From positions 1 through 54,832 of the forward strand of contig DFPL01000283.1 of the NCBI GenBank assembly GCA_002377245.1: 54,832 nucleotides of DNA. The letters run 5' to 3'. A program made the translations under genes and the position numbers. Below, one piece after another: positions 1 through 10,345 of this stretch. Below the pieces are notes generated by a model. It searched no databases. It had not been told where the DNA came from and saw nothing but the letters and a program-made list of their open reading frames with translations. The DNA is from Enterobacteriaceae bacterium UBA3516 (GTDB taxonomy: Bacteria > Pseudomonadota > Gammaproteobacteria > Enterobacterales > Enterobacteriaceae). Positions within the stretch are counted from its first letter, which is position 1. Every line of letters starts with the position of its first letter.

Positions 1-195
1 GAGCGCTGGCTCGAACGCTACCGGGAGATGGCGTTTATTCAGCGCGTGCTGAACGGAATGGCCAGTCGTCGCCCTAAGCTTGATGCTTTACGCGATTCCT
101 GGCAGGATCTCGATCAACACTATGCCGCCCTGGAGCAACAGTTCTGGCAGTTTTACCCGCGCATGATGGCGCAAGCAAAAGCCCGGACGCTATAA
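1..195 (+). CDS. acpH: ACP phosphodiesterase, C-terminal part (truncated by window edge)
   Basis: Frame 1 reads [64 protein letters not shown], resembling the AcpH/YajB C-terminus; expected synteny next to malZ. Confidence 0.88.
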   Translation, partial: ERWLERYREMAFIQRVLNGMASRRPKLDALRDSWQDLDQHYAALEQQFWQFYPRMMAQAKARTL

Positions 196-196
196 C

Positions 197-1594
197 TCAG
201 GCGGCGTTATCTTTCTGAATGTCGCGCCATATTTTCAGCGCCATCCAGACCAACGCTAATACCCCTAGCACCAGCGCCCCCCACACTAAAAAGGTGTACC
301 ACTGACTTTCTCTGTCAGCAGGCGATACCGCACTCAGTCGGGATTCGCCGCCCAGCTTGACCGGTTCGTGTGCCACAGCCTCCGGTAAGGTTTCGGGGTC
401 ATGTTGGGGACGCAGACGTGTAGGAATCAGGTTATCCAGCGTGAGGGCGGCGGGCGTTGCCGCTTTATTCCCCCATGCCAGAATAAAGGGGCCGTTGCCC
501 TGCGCATTGAAGATGAGACTCTGACTTTCGCGAAGCCCCCCCACCCGTGGCAGTGCCCCCGGGAGATGCGCATTCACTGTCGTCAGGCGAACGCCCTGCA
601 CCAGTTGACCGGAGAGAGCGATGTCATCTGAAGCCTGATTGTTAAGATGAAAAATCACCTCTTTCGTCAGTGGCTGCCACTTATCCTGTGCCGTGGCGCG
701 CCATTCAAGCTCCACGGGTAAGACACCGTCATAATCCAGTCTGACGGAAAGCGCCGTCAGCGGCTGCGGCTGTGTCCATTGATAGTGCACCTCATCAGCC
801 GAAACCTTTGTCGCCCAGCCCGACAAACTGACCTGCGCTGGCGTCTCCTGCACCTGTTCTTCAACCACCGATGCCCGCGTCAGAGTGATAGGAAGCTGAG
901 GCTTATCAAACACCACCAGCAAATAGCGCGGGCCGTCGCTACCCATGTGTAGGTCAAGACCGATTTTATCCAGCGCAAGACGGTCATCCCCGCTGGCGAT
1001 GTCCATCAGCGGGACGTCCCGCCTCATGATCACCCACTCTTGCATATTGCTGCTGCTGTAAAATGACGCTTTTCCCTGCCAGTTTACCGTCGGTTTATCC
1101 CAGCCAAGCCGCAGCTGTGAAACGGTGAGGGTCTCATCGATATTGTCGGGTAAAGCCAGAAGATAACTTTTGCCGATGCGCTCGACACCCTCGCCTTCTA
1201 TGCTGATTTCATAACCCTTTGGCGAACGTAACCAGACCCGTTCGCCCCTTGCCTCGTCACTGTTTACAGACTCAACAGGGGACGTGGTGAGCGGGAAGAT
1301 GCGCAGTTCAGTGGTTTTCGCGCTCACCGGAGCCGATTTCTGCTTTTCGAGTGAGAAAGGAACACGCTCACCCTGATGATTGAACACACGCACATCGCGA
1401 AGATCGGGCCATGCGCTTTGTTTATATACCTCATCAGGCAGGTTTACACGGTACCAGGGAGAAGATTCGGTCGTCGCCAGCGCCTTCCCCCAGCCATACT
1501 CCTGAGGCCTTTCAGGCGCATCTTCTGTTCGGGCGAATCCACTGGATGCCACGCTGAGTAATGCGCCAACGGCAATATATTTCATCCATTTCAT
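197..1594 (-). CDS. DUF3999-like exported protein with signal peptide and C-terminal membrane anchor
   Basis: 465 aa; N-terminal signal (…ASSGFA), DLRDVRVFNHQGERVPF motif, C-terminal TM helix then basic residues; ATGA overlap with upstream gene. Confidence 0.75.
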   Translation of the reverse strand: MKWMKYIAVGALLSVASSGFARTEDAPERPQEYGWGKALATTESSPWYRVNLPDEVYKQSAWPDLRDVRVFNHQGERVPFSLEKQKSAPVSAKTTELRIFPLTTSPVESVNSDEARGERVWLRSPKGYEISIEGEGVERIGKSYLLALPDNIDETLTVSQLRLGWDKPTVNWQGKASFYSSSNMQEWVIMRRDVPLMDIASGDDRLALDKIGLDLHMGSDGPRYLLVVFDKPQLPITLTRASVVEEQVQETPAQVSLSGWATKVSADEVHYQWTQPQPLTALSVRLDYDGVLPVELEWRATAQDKWQPLTKEVIFHLNNQASDDIALSGQLVQGVRLTTVNAHLPGALPRVGGLRESQSLIFNAQGNGPFILAWGNKAATPAALTLDNLIPTRLRPQHDPETLPEAVAHEPVKLGGESRLSAVSPADRESQWYTFLVWGALVLGVLALVWMALKIWRDIQKDNAA

Positions 1595-4272
1595 GGTTTT
1601 TCTTCCTCAGTGAACCCTGTTGTCTCTTTTGGCGGTAATGGCGAGAAATAGCCCACAATCAACACCAGCACCGCAACACCGATAAAGGCCACAGCCCGCG
1701 CCAGACCGCCGCCGCCCGCACTGTCTACCAGCATCAATTTGATAATCACAACGCCCAACAGCGTTGCACCATACAGCCATCCGCGTCGTGAACCACGGCG
1801 GTTAGCAATCAACATCACCACCAGCGCACCCAGCATCCAGAAGAGCGCGAAGGTCGTCTGGATCAAGCGAGAGCCCCACAGCGTCTCAAGCGTCCAGTCT
1901 ATGCCTGCATAATTTGCCAGCGCGCGAAGCAGAAGCCCGTTCAGCCACCAGAAGCTCAGGCCGATAAGCACCTGTGGCACGACAGGGGGCACCGAAGGAG
2001 CATAACGCGCCAAACGGGAGGCGCTGAACCGGGCCCAGGCCCATAATCCCAGTAAGGCAAAGCCAGCGCCCTCTTCCAACGGGTTAATGAGCGGCAGATA
2101 AAGCGTATGAATCACCCGCCCATCCTGCAAATTCGCCAGCGCCAGCAGCACGATAAGCACCGGAAGCAGTGGCAAGAGCGCCAGCGTGCCATAAAGTTCA
2201 GGCCACACCCGGAGCGGCCAGAAGGCGCGACGGACCCCGGCAAGCATGAGCAGGATAGCCCCACCGCCAGCTGCCATCAGCAGACCGCTGCGCCAGGCAT
2301 CCATTCCCCAGGGGAGTTCATCGGCAAACCAGTATACTTCTGCCCCCAATGCCAGCAGCACCATCCATGCAAAGGAGAGATGCAGCCCCTGCGAAACCAG
2401 GCCCGATGATGGTTTATCTTCACGTTGCAACAGCAACAACGCCGACGGCAGCGCCACGCACCAGGCCAGATTCTGCCAACCGGCCGCCAGCAGATGTGAA
2501 TGGTTCGCCAGCTGCCAGAACAGGATAACCAGCATCGCGGGCCACAGTAGCCATACCGCCATTCGAAGCTGCTGCCAGCCCAGACGCTGACCGGCGCTGC
2601 GCCAGATCCAAACCGACAGGCTCAACAGCGCGAGCAAGCCAAAGGCCTCTTCCACGCCGAGCGGCTTCGCAAGCCAGGCAGCGCCCCAAAGCGCGACAAG
2701 CCAGAAAGCGATCCCTCCGACCAGCAACAGATCACTGCCGATACGATGAATGCCTCGCCACAGCCATGCGGCCGCCAGCCAGCTCACGCTGAGCACGGTG
2801 AAAATAACAAAGAGGGAAAGCGCCGTCAGAGAATCATTAAGTGCCCACAGCGCACTGCCCAATGCTAATACCAGCAGGCCGGTGCCGCTGTAGCTCATGC
2901 GCCGTTGCCCCTGCATAACGCCCAGCCACAGAATGCCAAGCCCTTCCAGCGCCCACGCCATGGATGTCCAGCGGGCAGAAAGCGCCAGCGGAATAGCGAG
3001 CGTAGCGAATGCGCCGCCCAACGCCAGAGCAGCCAGTACCAACGGCTTGCCCGCGCCCGGAAAACGCTTCAATGCCCCGAATGCCAGTAGCAAATAGAAG
3101 GCGCCGAACCCCAGCGCACTGAATGCCGGGCCATACGCCAGATGCTGCGTAATCGCATATTGCATGCCAAACCCAATCAGCGGAGGCGCAAACAGCAGTA
3201 CGCCGTCCACGATCCGCTCGCCACGCTTCTGCGCCCTAAGAGACAGCGCCACGCTCAGCACGCCGAAAATGATCAGGTTGGCTATCAGGAACAGCTGACA
3301 ACTCAGATAATAGTCCGGTCGGTAATCGGCAATACCCCAAACCCCCGCGACCCCAAAGGTAAACAGCATTCCCAGCAGATTGAGCTCGCGCCAGTGCTGC
3401 CAGATGCTGATAACGAGAATGCCAACGGAGAGCAGGAGATAGAAAGAGAACAGCGCGATATGACTACCGCCGCCGGTGGAGAGTAACAACGGTGCAGCGT
3501 ACCCGCCCAGACTTGCCAGCATCGCCAGGCTCAGGGCGCGCTGCAGTACCGCCAACCCAACGCTTGCCGCACAAATCAGCAGCAGCAGACCGAACGCCAG
3601 GGGCATTGGCAACATTTGCCAGAGCCGGAAGGCACCGAACACGGTCATATAAAGCGCACCCGTGGCACCGCCTTGCAGGATTAAAGCAAAGACCGGTTGT
3701 TTACGCCGTAACCGCCAGCCAATAAACAGCAGTACCATCGACGCCACCGCGGCAAAGGCCAGACGCAGAGACAACGGGAAGAGTGAATTTTCAACGCTGT
3801 AGCGGAAGAGGAATCCCAGCCCGAGGAAAAGCAGCACAATACCCAGCTTTGCCAGCGGGTTACCCTGCATAAACCAGCGCACCAGCGACGTGGTCATTCC
3901 GCCTAACGGGTTTGGCGTTTTTGCCGCCGTCGCCACTGGCGCAGGAGCCCTCACCGGCTTCGCGGTTACAGGCGTGCCCCTGGTCCAGACGTTGGCCGGT
4001 GCGGGTTCAATCTCGACCGGTTTTTCAGGCTCAGGCAGAGGCTCTGGTTCAACAGGTGTCGGAACAGCAGAAGGTGCCACTACCTGAGGCTCTGGCATCG
4101 GGCTTTCCGACTCAGAGGTAAGACGTTGTTCAAGCGTCGCCACCCGCTGTCGCAGTTGCGACAGCTCATTTTGCGCAGCGGTACTTCTTCGATATGCAAC
4201 CACCGCCAGGGCCGGACAGACCACCAGCAGCATAAAGAGCACGACACAGGCTAACAGCACCAGTTCATCCAT
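1591..4272 (-). CDS. DUF2339-like large polytopic inner-membrane protein
   Basis: Start placed at MDELVLL (ATG 4272, AAGGTG RBS); N-terminal TM, coiled coil, Pro-rich linker, GNPLAKLG motif, then >20 hydrophobic segments. Confidence 0.8.
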   Translation of the reverse strand: MDELVLLACVVLFMLLVVCPALAVVAYRRSTAAQNELSQLRQRVATLEQRLTSESESPMPEPQVVAPSAVPTPVEPEPLPEPEKPVEIEPAPANVWTRGTPVTAKPVRAPAPVATAAKTPNPLGGMTTSLVRWFMQGNPLAKLGIVLLFLGLGFLFRYSVENSLFPLSLRLAFAAVASMVLLFIGWRLRRKQPVFALILQGGATGALYMTVFGAFRLWQMLPMPLAFGLLLLICAASVGLAVLQRALSLAMLASLGGYAAPLLLSTGGGSHIALFSFYLLLSVGILVISIWQHWRELNLLGMLFTFGVAGVWGIADYRPDYYLSCQLFLIANLIIFGVLSVALSLRAQKRGERIVDGVLLFAPPLIGFGMQYAITQHLAYGPAFSALGFGAFYLLLAFGALKRFPGAGKPLVLAALALGGAFATLAIPLALSARWTSMAWALEGLGILWLGVMQGQRRMSYSGTGLLVLALGSALWALNDSLTALSLFVIFTVLSVSWLAAAWLWRGIHRIGSDLLLVGGIAFWLVALWGAAWLAKPLGVEEAFGLLALLSLSVWIWRSAGQRLGWQQLRMAVWLLWPAMLVILFWQLANHSHLLAAGWQNLAWCVALPSALLLLQREDKPSSGLVSQGLHLSFAWMVLLALGAEVYWFADELPWGMDAWRSGLLMAAGGGAILLMLAGVRRAFWPLRVWPELYGTLALLPLLPVLIVLLALANLQDGRVIHTLYLPLINPLEEGAGFALLGLWAWARFSASRLARYAPSVPPVVPQVLIGLSFWWLNGLLLRALANYAGIDWTLETLWGSRLIQTTFALFWMLGALVVMLIANRRGSRRGWLYGATLLGVVIIKLMLVDSAGGGGLARAVAFIGVAVLVLIVGYFSPLPPKETTGFTEEEKP

Positions 4273-4355
4273 GATCTCACCTTCATTACGGAGCGTGAGT
4301 ATACTTTGGCACAAATTGACACATTTGCGCTATCCGTTGCGCTTAACCGTATGGG

Positions 4356-6173
4356 TTAATTGCCCTGCCACACCGTTGCTGAAACGCCCGGAAGTGACAA
4401 CACCTCCTCCGTAAGCGTGCCTTTGCCCTCTTTACAGTGCCACACTTTGGCATCTAACAGCGGAGAGTCGGCCAGCACAACTTCGCAGGCCTCGCCCCGG
4501 TTGATGGCAACCAGCACGCGTTCCTGCTGCCAGACACGCAGGAAAACCACCACGTTTTCCTCAGCATAAACCACCTGACACCCGCCATGACACAGTGCCT
4601 GACTACGCCTGCGTAAGCGGGTCATGCGCTGATAGAGCGCGAGCAAGCCGCTGTCCTGCTTTGCTTTATCCCACGGAAAAGGTTTGCGGCAGAAGGGATC
4701 GTTAGCGCCATCCAGCCCCACTTCATCGCCATAATAGATGCAGGGAACGCCCGGCCAGGTGAACAACCAGATCACCGCCAGCGGCAGGCGCGCCACGTCT
4801 TTGCCCAGTACGGTTTTGAAGCGCGGCGTATCATGACTGTCGAGCTGATTGAACATGCGAATCTGCTGCTGATGGGAGAGCCCGGCCCGGTAGTTATCCA
4901 TCCACGCCATACAGGTCTGGGCATCAATGCGCTGCGGATCCATAGAAATATCGGTATTCGCCAGGAACGCCCATACCGGGAAGGTAAAACCACGGTAGTT
5001 CATGGCGGCATCTTCCACATCCGCCTGCAACCACTGCCGCGCATCGCCGAAATGCTCGCCGACGATATAGGCGTCTGGCCGGGTCTCTTTTGCGGCTTTC
5101 GCGATGCCCGCAACGTGCTGCAAATTGTTCCGCGCCCCACCCGCCTCACCCAGCATATGCACGACGTCTAGACGCCAGCCGTCCATATTCCAGGGCGCTT
5201 TCAGCCAGTGACGCACAATACTGTCATCACCCTGATAAATCTCCTCGACCAGCGTTTGCGCCTGATAATCCAGCTTCGGCAGGCTGGCGTAGCCCAACCA
5301 GTCACGCGCACGGCCGTCATCATGAAAACTGTACCACTCACGCCAGGTTGACGCGGGATTATGGCAGGCTCCGGTGGTGCCCCGGTTGTGCCTGTCAAAC
5401 CATGCATGTGAGTCGCCGCTGTGGTTAAACACGCCGTCCAGAACCAGGCGCATGCCCAATTTATGGGTATTGCGGCGCAGACGAAACAGCGCCTGATCGC
5501 CACCAAAACGCGGATCGACATGCCGGTAGTCTTCCGTGTCGTACTTATGCACGCTGGGGGCCACAAAAATCGGGTTCAGATAGAGCGCAGTTACGCCAAG
5601 CTTACGCAGATAAGGCAGCTTTTCGCTGATGCCGTCCAGGCAGCCGCCATAAAATGTGGATCCCCCTGCCTCTCCGGTCAGCGGCGCATCCCAGTCGCGC
5701 AACACGATCTCCTGCTTCGCCGCATGGTGAAAATAGACCTTATCCTGTTGATCGTTACCCTGCTCGCTACGGGCAAAGCGATCCGGGAAGATCTGATAAA
5801 ACACCTGCTCTGCCACCCACTGCGGCCCGTCATCAGGAGAGTCCACTGCAAATTGCTCCAGACGTGCGGGAGGAAAACGCGTCAAGCCCTGCGGGGTGAA
5901 CCACAGCTGGCGATCCTCCCACAACAGCTTAAAGCTGTAGCGACGACGCGGCTGACCGCTTTCCAGAGAGAGCGTTGCCCGCCAGGCCGTCACACCCGGT
6001 TTCGGCGCGATACGCACCCGACGCATCACCAGCGATGTCTCTTCGTTATCAATTTCAACCCGAAGCGTGACGCGGGATGGGAGCTTATTTCCGGTGAGCC
6101 AGAGTGTAATGACCAGTTGGTCTTTGTTCTGTTTCACAAACGGCGCGACAGGCAAATGCCAGGCATGCAACAT
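4356..6173 (-). CDS. malZ: Maltodextrin glucosidase (GH13)
   Basis: MLHAWHLP start; GH13 motifs [30 protein letters not shown]; synteny. Confidence 0.96.
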   Translation of the reverse strand: MLHAWHLPVAPFVKQNKDQLVITLWLTGNKLPSRVTLRVEIDNEETSLVMRRVRIAPKPGVTAWRATLSLESGQPRRRYSFKLLWEDRQLWFTPQGLTRFPPARLEQFAVDSPDDGPQWVAEQVFYQIFPDRFARSEQGNDQQDKVYFHHAAKQEIVLRDWDAPLTGEAGGSTFYGGCLDGISEKLPYLRKLGVTALYLNPIFVAPSVHKYDTEDYRHVDPRFGGDQALFRLRRNTHKLGMRLVLDGVFNHSGDSHAWFDRHNRGTTGACHNPASTWREWYSFHDDGRARDWLGYASLPKLDYQAQTLVEEIYQGDDSIVRHWLKAPWNMDGWRLDVVHMLGEAGGARNNLQHVAGIAKAAKETRPDAYIVGEHFGDARQWLQADVEDAAMNYRGFTFPVWAFLANTDISMDPQRIDAQTCMAWMDNYRAGLSHQQQIRMFNQLDSHDTPRFKTVLGKDVARLPLAVIWLFTWPGVPCIYYGDEVGLDGANDPFCRKPFPWDKAKQDSGLLALYQRMTRLRRRSQALCHGGCQVVYAEENVVVFLRVWQQERVLVAINRGEACEVVLADSPLLDAKVWHCKEGKGTLTEEVLSLPGVSATVWQGN

Positions 6174-6438
6174 CGACTTTCCCCTTCGTCAAAAATGGCG
6201 TCACTCTTGCACAAATGTAGACCCGCAAACTCATCTTTTCTGCTTTTTTATGGGGTTGAGAGCCAGGGCGCAGAAATTTAACGCCGAGCATTTTTTCCCA
6301 CACGCCGATGTGATCCGTAGGGATCTCTACCGGGCATATGCGCGAGGATTTTGAACCAGACTTCGTGCGATTGCCCGAAGTCTCCCCTTTGTCCCCTTTT
6401 TATACTGGGTAAAACCATAGCGTGAGAAGGGATTTAGC

Positions 6439-7380
6439 ATGAACAGCAAACCTGAAATTCTTGTCGTCACTGAAATTCCCCAGCCGATGATCGATGTGCT
6501 TGAGCAGCATTTTGTGGTGCACAAATACTGGTTGCAGGACCCGCAGTCATTTCTGCGTGAACACGCGCATGCCATTCGCGGCGCCCTGACCCGCGCCGCC
6601 AAAGGCATCAAGAAAGAGTTGCTCGAACAATTGCCCGCACTGGAAGTCATCAGTGGTTTTGGCGTTGGCGTCGATGCCACCGATCTGGATACCTGTCGCC
6701 AGCGCAATATTCGTGTCAGCAACACGCCGCGCGTCCTGAACGAATGCGTGGCGGATACAGGCCTGGCGCTGATGCTGGCGGTCTCGCGTAAGATTTGCGC
6801 CGCTGACCGCTTCGCGCGCGCTGGCGCATGGGAAAGTGCGCAATTTGAGAGTGCCTGGAAAATGACCGGCAAACGCTGCGGCATTGTGGGCATGGGTAAC
6901 ATTGGTCATGAAGTGGCAAACCGCGCCGCAGCCTTTAACATGCCGATTCATTATTTCAGCCCCAATAGCGCACGTAATCCTGCGTGGACGCATCACCGCT
7001 CGCTGGTTGAGCTGGCAAACGCCGTTGATTTTCTCGTTCTGACTCTGCCAGGCGGAGCAGACACACACCACATTATTAACCGCGAGGTGCTGGAAGCCCT
7101 GGGGCCAGACGGCATCCTGGTGAACATTGCGCGCGGAAGCGTAGTCGACACCGAGGCGCTCATCACGGTGCTAGAGGAAGGCAAACTGCGCGGCGCAGGC
7201 CTCGACGTCTTTGAGAAAGAGCCACATATTCCGGCGGCCTTAATGGCATGTCACAACGTGGTACTGCTGCCCCATATTGCCAGTAATACCGTGGAAACCC
7301 GTCAGGCGATGGCCGATCTCACCATCAATAACCTTATTCACTACTTCACTGAAGGCAAACTCATCACCCCGGTTGTTTAA
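6439..7380 (+). CDS. D-2-hydroxyacid dehydrogenase (GhrB/hydroxypyruvate reductase-like)
   Basis: GMGNIG Rossmann motif, NIARG, LDVFEKEP, PHIAS (Arg-Glu-His catalytic set). Confidence 0.9.
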   Translation: MNSKPEILVVTEIPQPMIDVLEQHFVVHKYWLQDPQSFLREHAHAIRGALTRAAKGIKKELLEQLPALEVISGFGVGVDATDLDTCRQRNIRVSNTPRVLNECVADTGLALMLAVSRKICAADRFARAGAWESAQFESAWKMTGKRCGIVGMGNIGHEVANRAAAFNMPIHYFSPNSARNPAWTHHRSLVELANAVDFLVLTLPGGADTHHIINREVLEALGPDGILVNIARGSVVDTEALITVLEEGKLRGAGLDVFEKEPHIPAALMACHNVVLLPHIASNTVETRQAMADLTINNLIHYFTEGKLITPVV

Positions 7381-7463
7381 CGTTTTTCTGGTTCACTTTG
7401 CCGTACAGAAAACAGGATTCGCCTTCCCGCCGTCCGTGGCGGGAGCTGCTACAGGGATCGAAT

Positions 7464-8864
7464 ATGAACCGTTATCTGAAAGTCCTTATCTGCGCTATCG
7501 TCGCCCTCACCATCTGGTTTTTTCCCGTGCCTGAAGGTTTGACCCCGTTGACATGGCACATTCTCGCGATTTTTATCACCACCGTTGTGGCGTTTATTCT
7601 CCAGCCTCTGCCGGTCGGTGCCGTGGCCCTTATCGCCATCAGCATCATTATGCTGACGGGCATGATGACCACCTCTGAAGCCCTGAAAGGCTTTAGCAGC
7701 ACCACCGTCTGGCTGATTGTGGCAGCCTTTCTGTACGCCAAAGGCTTCATAAAAACCGGGCTCGGGCGGCGCATTGCTTACCTGTTGATTCGCAGCTTCG
7801 GCGGCAGCTCTTTACGTCTGGGCTATACCCTGGCGCTGAGCGACATGATTATCGCCCCGGCGACCCCGTCCAACACGGCCCGCGCGGGCGGCATCCTGTT
7901 CCCTATCGTGCGGGGTGTCTCAAGTAGCTTCGGCTCAGAGCCGGATCAAAACCCGCGCAAGATTGGCGCCTTCCTGATGCAGACCGTGTTCCACTCCAAC
8001 TGCCTCTCTTCGTCCATGTTTATGACCGCCAGCGCGCCAAACGCACTGATTGTCTCACTGGCAGCCAGCACGTTGTTTGTTGATATCTCCTGGGGGATGT
8101 GGACGCTGAGCGCACTGGTGCCGGGAGTCATTGCATTCCTTACCATTCCGCTGGTTATCTACAAACTCTACCCGCCCGACATCACTCGCACCCCGGAGGC
8201 GAAAGCCCACGCCAGTGAAGAGTTGCAAAGGATGGGGCCCATCACCCGTGATGAGCGGATGACCATTGGTATTTTCCTGCTCTCATTACTGGCGTGGAGT
8301 ACCTCGAAATTAACAGGGCTGGATGCTACGGCCGTGGCCCTGTCCGGCGTCTGCCTGATGCTCATGACCAACGTGATTAACTGGCAGGACGTGCAGTCGG
8401 AAAAAGGCGCGTGGGATATTCTGGTCTGGCTGGGGGTCATGATCTGCATGGCAGACAAGCTCAACCAGTTGGGGTTGTTTAAGTGGTTCGCGCTCACCAC
8501 CTCTGCACTGTTCAACGGCATCCCCTGGGAGATCACCCTCACCGTTCTGCTGATTGTCTACTGCTACTCTCACTACTTTTTCGCCGGCAGTACGCCGCAC
8601 GTGGTGGCGATGTACGCCGCCTTTGGCAGCGTCTCGGTCGCAACCGGCGCACCGCCGATGATGGTGGCGCTGTCGCTGGCGTTTGTGACCAACCTGATGA
8701 GCGGAATTTCCCATTACGGCAACGGTCCGGCGGTCATTTACTATGGCGCAGGGTATGTGGCACAGCGTGACTGGTGGCGTCTGGGCTTTATTGTGATGTT
8801 GATTAACATCGTGATTTGGTTCGGACTGGGTGCGGTGTGGTGGAAGATTTTGGGGTTGTGGTAA
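7464..8864 (+). CDS. DASS-family (CitT/TtdT/YbhI-like) di/tricarboxylate anion permease
   Basis: Start at MNRYLKV after AGGGA; motifs KTGLGRRIA, PSNTARAGG, SSSMFMTASAPN, HYGNGPA, WWKILGLW end. Confidence 0.9.
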   Translation: MNRYLKVLICAIVALTIWFFPVPEGLTPLTWHILAIFITTVVAFILQPLPVGAVALIAISIIMLTGMMTTSEALKGFSSTTVWLIVAAFLYAKGFIKTGLGRRIAYLLIRSFGGSSLRLGYTLALSDMIIAPATPSNTARAGGILFPIVRGVSSSFGSEPDQNPRKIGAFLMQTVFHSNCLSSSMFMTASAPNALIVSLAASTLFVDISWGMWTLSALVPGVIAFLTIPLVIYKLYPPDITRTPEAKAHASEELQRMGPITRDERMTIGIFLLSLLAWSTSKLTGLDATAVALSGVCLMLMTNVINWQDVQSEKGAWDILVWLGVMICMADKLNQLGLFKWFALTTSALFNGIPWEITLTVLLIVYCYSHYFFAGSTPHVVAMYAAFGSVSVATGAPPMMVALSLAFVTNLMSGISHYGNGPAVIYYGAGYVAQRDWWRLGFIVMLINIVIWFGLGAVWWKILGLW

Positions 8865-8871
8865 AAGGATT

Positions 8872-8898
8872 GCCCGGTGGCGTCACCGCCTGCCGGGC
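8872..8898. repeat. REP-like palindrome between convergent genes
   Basis: GCCCGGTGGCG…CGCCTGCCGGGC imperfect inverted repeat resembling enterobacterial REP. Confidence 0.5.
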
Positions 8899-8909
8899 TT
8901 ATTATTGCG

Positions 8910-10265
8910 TTATGCGAGTTTCTTGCGCACAAACATCCACCCTACCAACAGCAGCACAATCCACGCACATCCCACATACAGCGAAATGCGCGTCTCCGGG
9001 TGCCAGCCAATCAGCCCGATGATAAACACAAGGAAAAGCAGACCGACAATCGTGGTCGCCACGCCGCCGGGGACTTTAAATTTCAGCGCTTTAACTTCAT
9101 CCGCGGACAAACGGCGACGGAATGCCACCTGTGAAAGCAGGATCATGATCCACACCCACACGGTAGCGAAGGTCGCCAGTGACGCGATCACCAGGAAGAC
9201 GTTCTCCGGCATGATGTAGTTGAGATACACCGCCGACAACAGCGCCAGCGTCATCACCAGCACCGTGACCCACGGAATGCCCTTGCTCGATGTTTTAGCG
9301 AAGATTTTTGGCGCACTGCCCTGCTCTGCCATCCCGTGCAACATGCGGCCCACGCCAAACACGTCGCTGTTAATGGCCGACAACGAGGCGGTCAGTACCA
9401 CGAAGTTCAGGATGCTGGCGGCAAAAGTAATGCCGAGGTGCTGGAACGTCAGAACAAACGGGCTGCCGTTGGTACCGACCTGATTCCACGGGTAGATGGA
9501 CATGATGACGAACAGCGTCCCGACATAGAAAACCAGAATGCGCATCGGCACCGAGTTAATGGCGCGCGGAATCGATTTTTCCGGGTCTTTCGCTTCACCG
9601 GCGGTAATGCCGATGATTTCAATGCCGCCATAGGCAAACATCACCATCTGCAATGACATCACCATGCCAATCCAGCCATTGCTAAAGAAGCCGCCGTTAC
9701 TCCACAGATTGTGGATCCCGGTCGGCTGGCCGCCGTTGCCGATTCCCCAGATAATGATGCCGAACCCGGCGGCAATCATGATGATAATGGTCGCGACTTT
9801 GAAGAAGGAGAACCAGAACTCCAGCTCACCAAACACCTTTACGCTCATCAGGTTAATGGCGCAGATAATGAGCACCACGCTCAGCACCCATATCCAGTGC
9901 GGAACGGTGGGGAACCAGACGCCCATATAGATGCCAAAAGCTGTCACATCAGCAATAGCGACAATCAGAATTTCAAAGCAGTAAGTCCAGCCAGTGATGT
10001 AACCAGCCAGCGGGCCCAGGTTTTCCTGAGCATAACGGGAGAACGAACTGGCAGAAGGATTGTGTACCGACATTTCGCCCAGCGCGCGCATGATGATGTA
10101 CGCTGCGACACCCCCGATAATGTAGGCCAGCAGCACGCTCGGACCCGCCATCTTGATGGCATCCGCCGAACCGTAAAACAGCCCGGTGCCAATCGCCGAC
10201 CCAAGGGCCATAAAGCGGATGTGTCGGGTACTCAACCCTCGCTTTAGTTTGTTCGTACTTTCCAT
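8910..10265 (-). CDS. proY: Proline-specific APC permease
   Basis: [32 protein letters not shown]; downstream of brnQ. Confidence 0.95.
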   Translation of the reverse strand: MESTNKLKRGLSTRHIRFMALGSAIGTGLFYGSADAIKMAGPSVLLAYIIGGVAAYIIMRALGEMSVHNPSASSFSRYAQENLGPLAGYITGWTYCFEILIVAIADVTAFGIYMGVWFPTVPHWIWVLSVVLIICAINLMSVKVFGELEFWFSFFKVATIIIMIAAGFGIIIWGIGNGGQPTGIHNLWSNGGFFSNGWIGMVMSLQMVMFAYGGIEIIGITAGEAKDPEKSIPRAINSVPMRILVFYVGTLFVIMSIYPWNQVGTNGSPFVLTFQHLGITFAASILNFVVLTASLSAINSDVFGVGRMLHGMAEQGSAPKIFAKTSSKGIPWVTVLVMTLALLSAVYLNYIMPENVFLVIASLATFATVWVWIMILLSQVAFRRRLSADEVKALKFKVPGGVATTIVGLLFLVFIIGLIGWHPETRISLYVGCAWIVLLLVGWMFVRKKLA

Positions 10266-10285
10266 CGTTCCCCGTTCCAGGATTC

Positions 10286-10325
10286 AAAAAAACAAAAAAA
10301 CCACGGGACCATAAGTCCCGTGGTT
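10286..10325 (-). terminator. Intrinsic terminator after brnQ
   Basis: AACCACGGGAC/GTCCCGTGGTT stem followed by a long U tract on the minus strand. Confidence 0.8.
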
Positions 10326-10345
10326 AGCAAACCATTTCACACTAC

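Noticed and set aside
6228..6261. Possible MalT boxes upstream of malZ (GGGGTTGAGA; AAAGATGAGT on minus strand)
   Set aside because: Too degenerate from GGGGA(T/G)GAGG to call by eye
5421..6281. 286-aa plus-strand ORF
   Set aside because: Antisense shadow of malZ; no recognisable motif or RBS
8910..8940. ProY C-terminus seems a few residues shorter than I recall for E. coli
   Set aside because: All TM segments are present and the tail is variable; not a pseudogene
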